Shown: positions 1 through 13,100, counted from the stretch's first letter. The stretch: 64,000 nt of DNA from Ophelia neglecta (GCA_965285935.1 OZ260665.1:20088001-20152000); one strand, 5' to 3'. Made by a program: numbers and translations. The notes: generated from the sequence alone by a model not told the origin.

Positions 1-18
1 CCTGCCAAATAACGTCTT

Positions 19-248
19 GGTCCGGTTTCTGGAAGCGGTATTAACTCGGTTTATAAACTGGTCCAAAGTGCTTAATCGGTCTAAACTTGGTAAAAGGTGT
101 TTCTGGAAGCTGGATTTGGTATTAAGCCTAGGCATTTTGGTCTTAAACTTTCTGCTGGTACATGGAAACCCCGATTAACTCAAACTCAGCTGATCGGACA
201 TGAGCTAATCTAATCCTTACATATGAGACCGTTTGTAGAAACCGAACC
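19..248. mobile_element. PIF/Harbinger-like MITE, copy 1
   Basis: Imperfect TIRs GGTCCGGTTTCTGGAAGCGGT / ACCGTTTGTAGAAACCGAACC. The interior is the reverse complement of 30673-30906. Confidence 0.7.
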
Positions 249-610
249 CTGCATTTAGTCCATGGTTGCTATGACAAATGACATAATACAGATGCATACA
301 GCCCCAGTAGCGAACACTTTTAGGACACAAAAATTACACTGCCTTTACCAAATACAAAACAAAGCTTATGTTCAAAATTAAGAATGGATTGATATGTCGA
401 CGAAAAAAAGCAAATTGTTCATATCAAAGCCTTTCCTTTCCAGTAAATTTGAATATATGGTGGCAAATGACCCGCCTAATGAGAATATATAGGAGGTAAT
501 GCATTTTCTTGCTTTGTTATGCCTGAGATTGCTTCATTATTTATTGATGTCGTGTTGTGTCAGGAATAGGAATCGTGGTTGAAGCAGAAACAAATCGAAT
601 ATTTTTGCAG

Positions 611-845
611 TTGATCCCGGCCATAAGCAAGGTTTTCCACTATTTTACGGAAAAATCATGCATAAATATAAACTACTACCAGCCGCTTGAAGATGAAAAA
701 TTTGCGTTTCACAAAAACCTGAAAAGTGCCTTTTAAACTGGCATTTGAATCGAGTTCGTGGACAAAACAATGCCCGACCTGCGACATCGTGCCGTACAGG
801 AATACCAATTGATACCAACTGTCCTTTTGATACATACCTACCATG
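611..845 (+). pseudogene. PAN-like exon remnant
   Basis: Acceptor TTTTTGCAG; possible donor G|GTGAGT (an alternative GTATGT lies at 1147). Across frameshifts it reads GFPLFYGKIM..N / EKCLLNW / PTCDIVPYRNTN*YQLS. Confidence 0.45.
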
Positions 846-1590
846 GTGAGTTTGACTACCTCCAAAGGTGGTTGGGTACGTTCGTAAGCATATGGCCTTT
901 CCAGGGAGGTGTTTGAGGCAATATATTTCCGGATCTACCCCGACTGCAGACGCACAAATCAAAGACGCATTATCTTAGAACATGAATTTTTGGTCCAACT
1001 ACACCCCGAGGACAATTTTAGGAACAGCCTTCGGCCATGTTTGTTTGTCTTGATGCCCCGGGGGAGCTCTATACGGTCAGCTTATGTTAGAAACTACGTG
1101 TTTGGATTGCTTTAACACGTTCTCCCTTGATAATGTTTTGATGACGGTATGTGTTATATATATTACGATTGGTAAAGGGACGTGAAGCCAATCCCATTAA
1201 AGTAGGCCACTAGATTTAAATGAACTGTTCCTGATTCCAGGGTATGTCCACTCGCCTAACACTTTATGAACCTCTCACATTCTTCTGTGGTGCTGTGATT
1301 CTTGAGACTTATCCACCTATAGATTCAGATTTCGAAGATTTTATTTGACCAAACAAAATCTATAAAACACATACGTTGAGTTAATTTAAACAAGTAGAAT
1401 TAGAACGCAAGTTCAGAAACCGAGAGGCTACGGGAACCCCCAGCCTGGGGAGTCAGAAGGCAAGTCACACCCAATATATGACCTTAAAGCCATCGCCACC
1501 TCCCACCGAACGCCATCCTGTGCTTAACTCAGCGTAGACATTCAGAGTGAGACTATCATCAAGGCCGAGAACGGGGGTTAGGGGTGAGGT

Positions 1591-1846
1591 GGGGGGTACT
1601 TTATATATACAGCCATACGGATATGCTCCGCCCTTTAGACACCCCTTTTAAAGCTAAATCCGCTTTTTTCACCCTTGTATTGAGAAAACGGCTCTTATTA
1701 ACCCTTATCTTTGAGAAAACAGCTATTTTCGACCCGTATTTTTAATTGTATTTAGGTCGATTTTGGTCTACAGGTTCAATTCTTGTGTGGGTCCAATAAC
1801 TGGCCCTTCGATACCAACTAAAATCCAGGATGAGTACCCTCCCCCC
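1591..1846. mobile_element. MITE with GGGGGGTACT...AGTACCCTCCC termini
   Basis: Short inverted termini and internal ACCC-T-rich subrepeats. Confidence 0.55.
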
Positions 1847-1867
1847 TTCCAGTTCGTTTTCTTTCAG

Positions 1868-2260
1868 TCTTCAACATACGCTAGCATGACAGCCACGGAC
1901 TCTGGAGGTTTAGCTCCCTCGATTATAGAGAACACACACAAGGTGAAAATGCCCCAACTTGAATTTAGACAAAGACATGTTCGTCACTGAATTATGCTAA
2001 CTCGACTAGTGTTAGCAGAGTTCTATGGAGGTACATATAGCCACTTATGAGGATCAAGGGTTTGAAAGTGCATAAACATGTTTTTGTGGATAATATATTG
2101 ATATGTGAGGCATTCCCCTTGTAACGAGGCAGATGTGTTAGAAATGGCTGCCAACTTGAAGTCTGGCCGCAAAGAGCTATGTTTAAAGTGGAAACATCAA
2201 TCAGTCGAAGACCGTGATGCGCTCACAGTGGACGTCATTTACAAGTAGACTAATGGGCTT
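1868..2260 (+). pseudogene. PAN-like exon remnant(s)
   Basis: Acceptor TTTTCTTTCAG. The phase-1 frame reads ...EHTQGENAPT*I*TKTCSSLNYANSTSVSRVL. Further on: KELCLKW...TVDVIY. Confidence 0.55.
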
Positions 2261-2431
2261 GATATGGTTACCTCCATTTGGCCTCGATGGGGCTTTTCCT
2301 GCACGACAAACTGTATGTCTGGCTTTAAACGGACAATCAATAACATGGACATTAATGAGATGTCTTGTGGAGCAGATGCCGGTAGTTATTTAGCACAATA
2401 TTATTAACATCGTGGCCGAGCCCTCTTATAA

Positions 2432-2610
2432 CAGTGAATTACGTTAATTGAGGCCACCCAAAGGGACCGGATAAAACTGGTCTGATTATGAAAATGGTCT
2501 GTTTAGACAGGTTATTTTAAAGTCTACTTACATACAGTAGGGTATTCATATTATTGGTGCCACTTGACATATGGTCTAATCATGGAGGTGCTCTTTAGCC
2601 AGGTTTCACG
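2432..2610 (+). mobile_element. Tc1/mariner-like MITE (CAGTGAAACCTG family), diverged copy
   Basis: Colinear with 58927-59104. Confidence 0.65.
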
Positions 2611-2797
2611 CAATTGGCCAGTTGGTAGACCGCAAACCAGAAAGGTAGAGTTATAGAATCTAGCACAAACACGGCGTGGAGAATTCTTAACATGTCAGGG
2701 CTGCATAACAGTTTAGTTTTTCCTGCACCCCACACCATTATGGAGAGGCTATAAATAAACTTATTGCAGGTAAATGACATTGATTTGCTGTTTTTAG

Positions 2798-2978
2798 TTG
2801 GTGCCTGCAGCGCATCCCTGTTCCTTGTCCACAAGAATAAACCGGTCGAACGCTTCTCCTTCCAGGGGATTCCGACCGATTTGAAACCTTAATCAACTCA
2901 AGAAAAGAACGGTCCCCTACGGAAAGCCTAACTCTTTATTCCCGAAAAGGAAATTGTCGCTGTCACCGTTGCACAAAG
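2798..2978 (+). pseudogene. PAN-like exon remnant
   Basis: Acceptor TTTTTAG, donor AAG|GTGATT. Reads GACSASLFLVHKNK... then, shifted, SLTLYSRKGNCR. Confidence 0.45.
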
Positions 2979-3437
2979 GTGATTCAAAAGACATCTGCTT
3001 TCATGTTTGACAATCTATGGGCGAACCTGCTTTGTCTAACGTGTACCTATCCCCGCTCCCACAAAGCCCGACGCTAATAAAACATGATATATCGTCACCC
3101 CTCGCTAGAAGAATCACATTCGACGCATATTAAGAGTGTGGTCGATCTGGGGGTAATGTCCCACTTACTTGCAATAAAACGCCTGACATTCACAGGAATC
3201 CGTGGAGAGTCCTTTGCCAGGCGAACACGTCGCTCGGATGTTGGAAAGGCTTGACGACACGTGCAGAGTAATGGCTCCTTTTTATCAGTAAAAGTTGTGT
3301 TTTTCAGAAGAAAATAGCTCAGAATTCTGTTCTTCGAATTCTCAGTATCCAAGAGACCTTAAACTAGTAGTATGCGCCTATATTACTAGATATTTCAACC
3401 ACTTGGTTCGCAGCTCTATTGGCACTGTTGTTTGTAG

Positions 3438-3543
3438 ATCGCGGACTTCTAAGCCATATTAATCTGAGATTTGAACTGGTAGACTGATAGAGAAAGCTGT
3501 GGAAATATATAAGTGCGAGCTGTTCGATCACGAAATTTCGGAG
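3438..3543 (+). pseudogene. Partial PAN-like exon remnant
   Basis: Acceptor TTTGTAG, donor GAG|GTAAAC. Ends ...YKCELFDHEISE. Confidence 0.4.
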
Positions 3544-6265
3544 GTAAACATGCAGTATAGCATCGATTCTGCCTTACCGAAGCAAATATATATGTCTTCC
3601 CTGGATGTCTCCCGAAACCAATTGTAAATTTGTTGATGTTTTTTCCATTCATCAATCGCTCAGTGGCTCTAAGTTAGTACACTCTTCTGAGAGTCACACA
3701 AACCCACGTAAGACACATTAAATGAACTTCTTGATTTGACATGTCTTTACTGGAAAATTTGCATATTTTTTCTAAATTGTGATTCCCTCGTTTTAGCACT
3801 TCGTCCACTATCTTTACAGAAAACATTGCCCTAAATCAAGTTTGCCTACAAACACTTTTGTACTAAATGTCTACGCATAGGCCTACTGCAAACAGACCTG
3901 CGCAGGAGTCGACTCTGGTATCATCAGCGCCGCCGTCGGACAGACATCAACGCCTCCAAGCGCCAGAAAAAAGTGTTTTACTTGGACACTGAGAATTTTA
4001 ATTTAAAACTGTTTTGGACGGATTCTGACAAGCCAGAGATTGACATCTTGCCGGAAAAACCCGATCATCGAGTGCGCAGACTAAAATAATTCGATGGTTA
4101 AGAATTCGTGGACAAGTTACTACTGCAAGTAAACTACTAAAACTTGTAAATGTCATTGAGAATTTAGATTTGTTTGTATGAAGTTTTTATGCAAACACGC
4201 ATTTTATTCAACACCTCGCCTAATCCACCAACCAGCATGGGATATTGTAAGGCTAAATTGAATCGACGATAATTTGCCATTGATCGAACCAGTAGGCTAC
4301 CACTTAACAGTCCACATGTCAGAGGGGGGGCCTCCATTTTCTCATTTCCTGGTGATACTGGCTGTTTGATTTTATTACCTTTGACTAATGACAATCAGAC
4401 TAACACAATTCTAAAGTAAATAGCTTAGTATTGTGACAGCCATCCCATAGTGTTATCCCTTGATTACTAGTATACAAGATACATTAAGCAAATTTGCTAC
4501 AGTTCATTTTCAATTTGGCACCCTTCCTTTGACACCAATGTGCTGATAACGCAATCCGAGCATGGCCCAATGCAGTATGTATATTCTGCTGTTAAGTTGA
4601 AGACTGCAACATGGCTGGTGCATTCTTTTAACGTAGATGTAGTTCAGACGAAAGCATTGCATCCATAAGGACAGAGCCGATACTGAATGGGTAGAACAAA
4701 GGGTGAATGAATAATAGATTCCTGTGACGGCACAAGTTTGTAGTACGTAGTGAACATAAAATAGGAAAGGCTAATTTACAGAAAATGTCCTTATATGACC
4801 TTGGGTTTCCCGCCGAGGGTACGGGCGGACGCTACATAATTCAGTCGCTTGCTCCTTACATGATTGAGACGAGTGATGTACACATGGTCATGAATATCAG
4901 TGTCTGGAATGAGAACGTACATCGTGGAAACGTGTCGGCTAGAAAATATATGAGCCCCATATTCTACAAGCAGCATCTATGCTCAGATAACCAGAGAGCC
5001 GCTCAATCATATAGGGCAGCGGAATTTCAGCATTTTATGACAAGGAAAAATATCAATGTATAAATGATATGAGACATATTACATGTGTGTTGTAGCAAAA
5101 AAGTAAACATAATCCATACAGAATATCGCTGAAGTTAATTTTCATGGAATTGCTTTTTGTTTAATGCATCTTGACCCTTCTTACACATATGAATGTCATT
5201 ATGAGGTAAACAAAAATAAAAACATGACAAACACCCTGCTCTTCAACCACTGCCTTGAAGTGAACGAATGTCCTTATCAGCTCATTGAAAGGAATATGGA
5301 CCGGTGATAAGTTACTAACAGTGGAGAATTCACTTAGTCTGAGATTGTCGTTAAGGCTCCCATAGCCCAAGGGGAGCATATGCAAATATGTATGCCATAT
5401 TCTGACTACCCTGCCTTGTTATGGTCACACGGAGTTATAGCTAGTCACCCTAAACTGCCACTGGCACTCGACACAGGCCCACACCGACTTAAACTTATGC
5501 GCCCATATCAATGTGTCTAATGTGTTGAAAGGAAAAAAAAATTGTTGGGGAGGGGGGTCCATTTGTTTAGAAACCGGATTTAGGTGGCCATTTTTGCTTG
5601 ACCCTGTTCCACAGTCACTTTTAAACCAGCGGTTATCAATTCATTTCACTACACAGCTCGATGTTTGACGGTGTGTATAAATATTTACTTTGCATTCAGG
5701 GCATCCCCTCCCGTTCTTTTCTAGTTGTTTCAATGTGATGTCTGGGACTCAGATAAATCTAAAGGGAATACCTTGTGTGAATATAAAGTCCCCATAGGGA
5801 TGATGTGACTAACTGTAACAGCTATACTTGAAGGTATATGAGCAATATGATACGCCGTTAAAGGCTCCCACGTGGGCCACATTGGGAGCCTCAATCAGAC
5901 AAAAAATGCTTAAAACATAGATTCAATGGTTTTGCAAAACGAACGATGGAGAATTGTAACATTCAACAGCTCACATGCGAAGTCAACCAGGGGGGGGGGG
6001 TCGTTCATTCCAGCACATAGAGGTTGTCCACACTTAAAGGCAGTGAAGACTTCTCTTAAGGTAGATATTTTTTATCTTCCCAATTGAGTATTATATTCTC
6101 TGACCATACTACACTTTCATTATTTTAATGGGTTTGCCGTAGACATCAAACTGTATATTATTGCTTGTCTAGAACACACAGCTACAATAGTACAATCTTA
6201 ACATTATAGGATGAACAACAATGTTCATCTCACAATATGTGAACACTTTTATAGCCACTTTAATC

Positions 6266-6305
6266 TAGCTAGGGCCGTGGGTTCGAATCCCAGCTGAGAC
6301 AAAGC
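6266..6305 (+). mobile_element. Fragment of a tRNA-derived SINE head
   Basis: B-box GGTTCGAATCCC, without a complete cloverleaf. Confidence 0.45.
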
Positions 6306-6671
6306 CTCTTTTAAACGTCCCATAAAAAGAAATTGAGGATTTTGTCATAGGCTTAAACGGTTTGTAAAGCAAGGCTTAGAAATGAAAAATTATTTATCCT
6401 GCCTCGATTTCGAAATATGTATAACAATAGAATTTTCTAATAGGCTTAAATAGGAGCCAAAATGGAAAAAAAAGTAAGCCCAATTCCTGAGAGCAAAATG
6501 TCTTGATGCTTCTGGTAGGCACAATACATTTATTTATGTATGCAAGCGGAAGTGCCATCAATCATAGTGCGGGGCTTTTATGGGCGTTAGCTGCCTCACT
6601 GCCAGTCATTTTATCTTAAATCTTTAGACAAGGACAGTTTTTAATTCCCTTCGTGCTTTTATCGTTTAAAG

Positions 6672-6890
6672 GAGACGTCTTTTGTGTTGAAATGATGTAT
6701 TGGACTATTGCTATTTCATAGATTGATTTGATTGTCAGTGTTTGGTTGTGTGATGGCCTGCTATGATGACACGCAAGTTCCATTCATGGCTTAACCTGCA
6801 GCAGGAAAAACTGCGAACTATTTTCGTGGCAAGGCTTCCAATCGTTATCAATTTTTCTCAGTTCTTGCATTTTGCCAATGTTGTGTTCCC
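6672..6890 (+). pseudogene. PAN-like exon remnant
   Basis: Reads FGCVMACYDDTQVPFMA*PAAG then, shifted, KNCELFS. Splice sites are weak. Confidence 0.5.
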
Positions 6891-7274
6891 GTAAAACCTA
6901 GTGTTGATATTTTGTGCGTGGAGTGATGGACTTATTGATTGAAGCTAAATCACTTCCTTTTATATTTTGTCATAGCTGTCTGATATCTCTTGTTGTTTTT
7001 AAAAATCACAATATTGGCGAAAAATTGCTGTTTGCGTTATACCCTGTATGTAACATCCCTACGTAGAACCTACTCGCCATAGGAACCACTTTATACTTGC
7101 TCAACGACGAATTTTCTCTCGAAAAAATATTGTGAAATATGATTCGCGATATTTTTCTTGGTTGAGAATTTACGAGAACTTGCAAATCAAAAAAAAAACT
7201 TCCGATCATTGCGTAAGTATTCGGCTTCATATAAAAAGATGGCATTGCTAATTGTATGGACGCTTGTCTTTCAG

Positions 7275-7427
7275 CACCAATTCATACAGAACATTCTAAG
7301 CGTGGGAGACTTGCAATCAATGGAAAAGATCGCGCTGGCTGTCTCGTCGGAAATGCTCTTTTTACTTATGATAACATGACTCTCGCGCCAGTCGCATCGA
7401 TCCAATATAAAGTGTGTAACTTAAAGG
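7275..7427 (+). pseudogene. Phase 1-1 exon (153 nt, still open) with an apple/PAN-like FTY...CxLK motif
   Basis: Branch-like GCTAAT, acceptor GTCTTTCAG, donor AAGG|GTATGC. Reads PIHTEHSKRGRLAINGKDRAGCLVGNALFTYDNMTLAPVASIQYKVCNLK(G). Two of the expected cysteines are missing. Confidence 0.6.
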
Positions 7428-8968
7428 GTATGCGGCTCGGTAGTCCAAGCTTAGACAAGGTTGTCAATAGAGAGGCTGACATGTTATATTATGTAGCAAA
7501 GGCTAGCTAGGGGCACGGATTGAAATCGTCATGAACAAAGCATTGCACGTAAACCACCGGTTTGGTTTAGAAAAAAATGTAACTTACACCTTTATGTAAA
7601 TGATGCAAAGTGATCAGGGGTGTTCGATGGGAGGGGGAGGGGAGGGTACCACATTTCCCTACAGGACTCTGGAACTGACCCCAAAAGCAGGCACGATTAC
7701 GACCATGCTAATAATCCACCTTGTGTAGTAAAAGACTCCCTCGAGCACGGACCGAAATCCTACTATAAAAGGGACAAACCATGTACATAGGCGACAAATC
7801 AGGTTCAGAGAGAAAAATGGAAATTATTTTGTTACTTCTAAATGATAAACAAAACTGTATGACGAGGGGGGGGGGGGGGGGGGTCCGTGCTTTTGGCTGA
7901 GGGATTCTTAAACATATTCCTGACTTTTTACCATATTAGTACCCATATGTTTAGATTGACATCAGAAGGCCACCACAGGAGATTTGCTACATAGTTGCTG
8001 TGAATTGCTCACGTTTGGACACACAGAACATTCTAGAGAACGCAATAAAACTGGTTTGTTACGGCCTAACCAGACACCAGAGAAGGATAAATCTTCAGTT
8101 TTTTGTGCTTGGTAATCACAGCATAATAAATCATAGTAGTATATAGTATTATTATACTACTATTAGGAGATGACCAGAAGTAGACAAAAGACGATATCGA
8201 AACAGGAGATACAAACTAAAATCGACAATCATATTCCGATTGAATACAATAGAAAATCGTAAAAAATCTCCTGTTTCTCAGCTGAATATGATATCATTAT
8301 AAAAATTGAATGAGGGTGATAGATGAAATCACACACCACTTGCAATGAATGAGCAACTTTCAAAAATTGTCTAATGTTTGCGTCAGATCATTCAACAAGC
8401 GAGTCAGTCGTCTAAGGGAATATGTTAGAACCAAGTATTGGGGAAGTCTGGGATAAACATAGCCTTTTTTAAATACCGCGAGAATAGAAAGTGTCTCCCT
8501 CTACAGTACACTAATGGAATGTGTACGATATCTTGGAATATCATATTTTCTTCGCTCGTTGATTAAACTGGTGTTCTAATAAACAAAAAAATGATGAACA
8601 CGAGGATACAAATGATGAAACTACAAATAGATGACACAATTTATTGACTGGTCTTCAGATTAAACATACATGGTTCCCTGCCAGTAATGGCCTTGTATCC
8701 GCCTCAGGAAGCTATAGGCAGTGTAGGCAATCATTAGGCAGCAGCTGAACATCTCAAAACAGGGTTATTCGAAGTTTATAACTGCACAATAACACACAAA
8801 AAACGTATTATATATATATAGTCACTTGTGCATTAACAGTCTTATTATAGACTTCATAACACAAAGCAAAATGGACAATAATGTTGGTTTTACGGCAGAG
8901 TCGATCAACTCAGTTTCCAAAGAACACTACTATTATGTTGAATGGTGTTTGCTCATTCTAAACGTGGG

Positions 8969-10038
8969 TGTTGTGTTTAAATTTGCCATGTACAGCGCTG
9001 TCGTGGTAACTGCTTACTGCTCAGGCTATTTTTACCTTCACTGACTAAGGGCAGTAGCCTCTTGGACTCAAGCATGGACGCAACAAATTTCTCGGACAGT
9101 TTGTAATCCTTGAACATCTCCATTTTATGTTGAACTCCCATGCTCCGCAGCGTAGTAAGTAATTAGACCAATGTTTTTACGTTTGTTAGTGGCTTTCTTT
9201 TGTGTTTTATTGCTTAGATGACATTAATGTTGTACTCAGATATTGAGTTATATTTGGCTCCTACTTGGGTGGCACGTAAACACATGTCAACTTAAGTATA
9301 TTTATATTCCTGTATCAATTCCTTCACTATTTCCTAGCCAACTTATACAAATCCATATCTTCAACCACAACTTATGTGTTTTATGTAAAATAAGTAATTA
9401 TTCAGGGTTTCTCTTGATTGTGCCTTATTTGTCTACTTAATAATATTCTCCATTTGGTTAACCCAATATGAGTGTCCACTGCATTGGTTATACTGTATAT
9501 CGCTTATCTGACTTGTGAGCGCTGACTCACTGCAGTGTCTGGCGGCCAGCTTTGTGGAGGCTCACAGTGTTAATGAGTACAAGTTTGGCTAATGTAAATT
9601 CTTGTTGAAATAAATGTGCAGTAACATGTGCATGTTATTCCCAACCTAGGTTAACTCAACTATTTGCAATGATTACAATATGCGTGTATATCTGTATGTA
9701 TTATTATGTATACTTGCCTATGCACTTATAGTGTTATGCAAATTATCAATGTCGTATATTTAGTGGTTGTAAGCAGGCTTCTCTAGTTCTATTAACTGTA
9801 AACAATTTTATGCTGTAGCTCTCTCAGTAGATATATCCTATGTGTATGTCACTTAAATGGTAAAATATTGCAGATTCTTTCTCATAGTTTATATAATACG
9901 GGTTTAATTAAGTTGTTTAGTTTACTATTGTTTTTGTTACTTTTCAGTTTAAACCGTCACCTTCAAACAATAAACAGACAAGCAAATCAACGACGCGTTT
10001 TGAATATTCTGGATAAAACATTAATGTAGTTCACTATA
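8969..10038 (+). repeat. 5' LTR (1070 bp), termini TGTTGTG...CACTATA
   Basis: Same length as 16086-17155 with no difference found by eye. The same 65-aa spurious ORF is called in both copies (9243, 16360). AATAAA at 9969-9974. Confidence 0.96.
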
Positions 10039-10104
10039 TTAAGTTTAAATACGGAGCTGTCAACAGAGAAGATCAACGTCAAGATTCAACATTCCAAATT
10101 ACCA

Positions 10105-13100
10105 ATGGCTACCAGTAAAGAGCGAGGCGTGGCAAAGGGCGCTGTCACGAGGATTGCGACAAATATAGATGCCCTAATGCTCGATACCACCCAGCCTGAA
10201 GAAGTCAAGAAGCATTACGAAAGCTTTCACGACAAACTAGCTGAGTTCCTCAAAGTGCATGAAGCTTATACCAACACTTTGGATGATGATAGTGCCAAAG
10301 CAGACTCGGCAAAGTACCTCGTGGCAACCATGAAAGATTTTAATGTATTCAAAGAGAGGGTTGACCTGTGGTTGGCTCAGATAGATGAAGCCCAGTCAGA
10401 ATATGCTAACCCAATGGGCGGGGAAAAGGATAGCGAAGATGACTCCACAGAGGAGGACGAGCTTGGCAAAGAAGACCAGGAGATTGAAAGGTGTCTTCAG
10501 GAGGCGGAAGAGAAATTACGACGCCTGGAGCACCGAGAGTCCCTGCGTCAAAGGCAATTTGAACTTGACAAACATATACGACAACGTCAGTTGGAGGCTA
10601 AGCACGCAGAAGAGGAGCGAAAAGATATACTGAGGCGTATGGATGAAGAGCTGAACTGTCAAAAGGACGATGGCCTTGACATGGTGGGGCCCACCTACTC
10701 AACCCCCAAAACCGCGGGACCCACCAGTCGGACCACAACAGTAGAACTACCATCTGGCATACCAGCCTGGCAGTCACCCAGCTCTAGTGCACCATCCGCA
10801 ACTGAAGCGTCGACATTAGCGCAGGTACTTCGTGAATTCTTAAATGAAACCAGGTCAAGCCAACAGTCTATGGTAGACACTCTACAGCTGCCAAACCTTC
10901 AGCTGATACCCTTCAATGGAGACCCGCTCAAATATTGGTCCTTCATTCGCTCGTTTAGAAATGCCGTTGATAACAAGGCTACTGACCAGGGAACAAAGCT
11001 CTCGTGTCTGGTCCAATATTGTACCGGCAAAGCCCGCAATCTGATCGAGTGCTGCTTGGTAAAGGACCCGGCTGAAGGGTACGAGCTTGCACTTCGCCTC
11101 CTGGAAGAACGCTTTGGCAACAACTACGACATAGCTCAAGAATGGGTTAACAAGATCATTCGAAGGAATCCTGTCAAGGCAGATCTTAGAGAGTTTGCCG
11201 ATGAGCTGAGGTGTTGCCAGGAAAATATTCGAGCTACAGGACACTCAACGTTGTTGGACAATAGCCAGAGTATGCGAGCGATAGTTGAGAAGCTACCCAG
11301 CTACCTGCATACTCGTTGGTTAAGTCAAAACCACAAAATAAAATCTACTAAGTGTAGAATTGCACAATTTGACGATCTGGTGAAATTTGTTAACCAAGCG
11401 GCAGAGGAGGTGTCAGACCCAATCTACGGGAACCTCATTGACAAAAAGAACAAGCAACAACCCGGGGACAAACAGAAGGGCAAGCAAGACAGAAGAGCTA
11501 GGGGCTTTGCCACTCAGGCAGCATTTGGTAGTGGGTCACACAGCAAATCACCTGGAGGACAAACCAAACCTAATCCAAAGGCACTACAAGTACCCAACCC
11601 TGTGAGTGGAGCGAACAAAGATCCATGCTTCCTTTGTGGCGGAAGACATGTCATTGTCTATTGTGACTCCTTCCTGAAAATGAGCCCCCAGGAACGAGTG
11701 GCATTTGTTCAAGGGAAAGGGAGATGTGTAAACTGTTACGCCGAGGGTCATAGCAGCAAAACCTGCTCACGCTCGTCCTTCTGTAAACTGCCAGGATGTG
11801 AAAAGAAACATAGCACATTCTTGCACCTACCTTTGTCGAACACAGCAGTAGATGCGCCAGCTGCTGCCCCTATACCTGAGGCAGCTCTGGATGCAGCTAC
11901 AACAAGTCATAGGACAAACCCTACAGGCACCGCAACGACAGTGAATTGCAGTGTTAGCTGCTACAACCCCGTCAAGGTAGCTCTGCCAATTGTACCTGTT
12001 CGTGTACGCAGTGACACCTCCAAAAATTACGTGGACACGTATGCATTGCTTGATACAGGAGCTGACCAATGCTTCTGCACGAAAGAATTGGCTGAGTGCC
12101 TGGGCGCTCATGGCACAACAACAAAAATAGAGCTGTCGACACTCGACGCTACAGCAACCACTGAAACCAACATGGTCAAGCTGCAAATATCAGACATTCG
12201 CGACCAAGAATGTCATGACATATTAGCTTTCACGAGGCCAAATCTGGCAGTACAGCTGTCTAGTAGGATTACAGAGGAAGACCTACAGAAGTGGCCTCAC
12301 TTACATGGAATAGATATTCCGAATATAGACAAAAACGAAGTCCAGCTCGTCCTTGGGGCTAGCCATCCGGAGGCCTTTACACCGACAGGACCTCCTCGAA
12401 TCGGCAATAGGGGAGAGCCCTACGCCACACCAACTATATTTGGATGGGCTGTAAATGGGCCTGTCGGTGCTGGCCAGCAGCATAGAGTGACGTCATGCTT
12501 TGCCAGGACGAAGTTGGATTTGCAGGCCCAGGTAGAACGATTCTGGGAAATAGAGGATATTGGTGCGAAGCAGCAGCCGACCCCAATGTCCATAAGTGAC
12601 CGTAAGGTCCTGGACAATTGGGATCGGTCTGCACAGCTCACGGGCGGACATTATACAATGGGGATACCCTTTAAAGTGCGCCCACATCATTTTCCTGATA
12701 ATCGATCTGCAGTTCTTCATAGATTGAAGCTTACTGGGAAACGTCTGAAAAGGGACCCAGATATGTTGGAAATGTACACAGCCACCATGCGTGATCTGAT
12801 TGCTAAAGGGTTTGCGGAAAGGGTACCTGAGGAGGACGTGGACAAACATGATGGCATGTCAAACTATATACCACATCATTCAGTGAGACACCCGAGGAAA
12901 CCAGACAAACTGCGTGTTGTCTGGGACTGTGCCGCTAAGTTCCAGGGACTTTCTCTCAATGACCGAGTACACCAGGGTCCTGATTTAGCAAACAAGCTTG
13001 TCGGAGTTCTAATGCGCTTCCGTCAAGAACCCGTGGCCTTCATGGCAGATATCGAAGCCATGTTCAGCCAGGTATATGTCAGCCATGGAGATCGGGATGC

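Noticed and set aside
6266-6305. tRNA gene (also the tRNA-like stretch at about 22835-22910, minus strand)
   Set aside because: Only B-box-like remnants are present, with no complete cloverleaf, which fits SINE heads.
9243-9440. Identical 65-aa ORFs at 9243 and 16360
   Set aside because: These are non-ATG, AT-rich frames inside the two LTR copies, with no protein motif.
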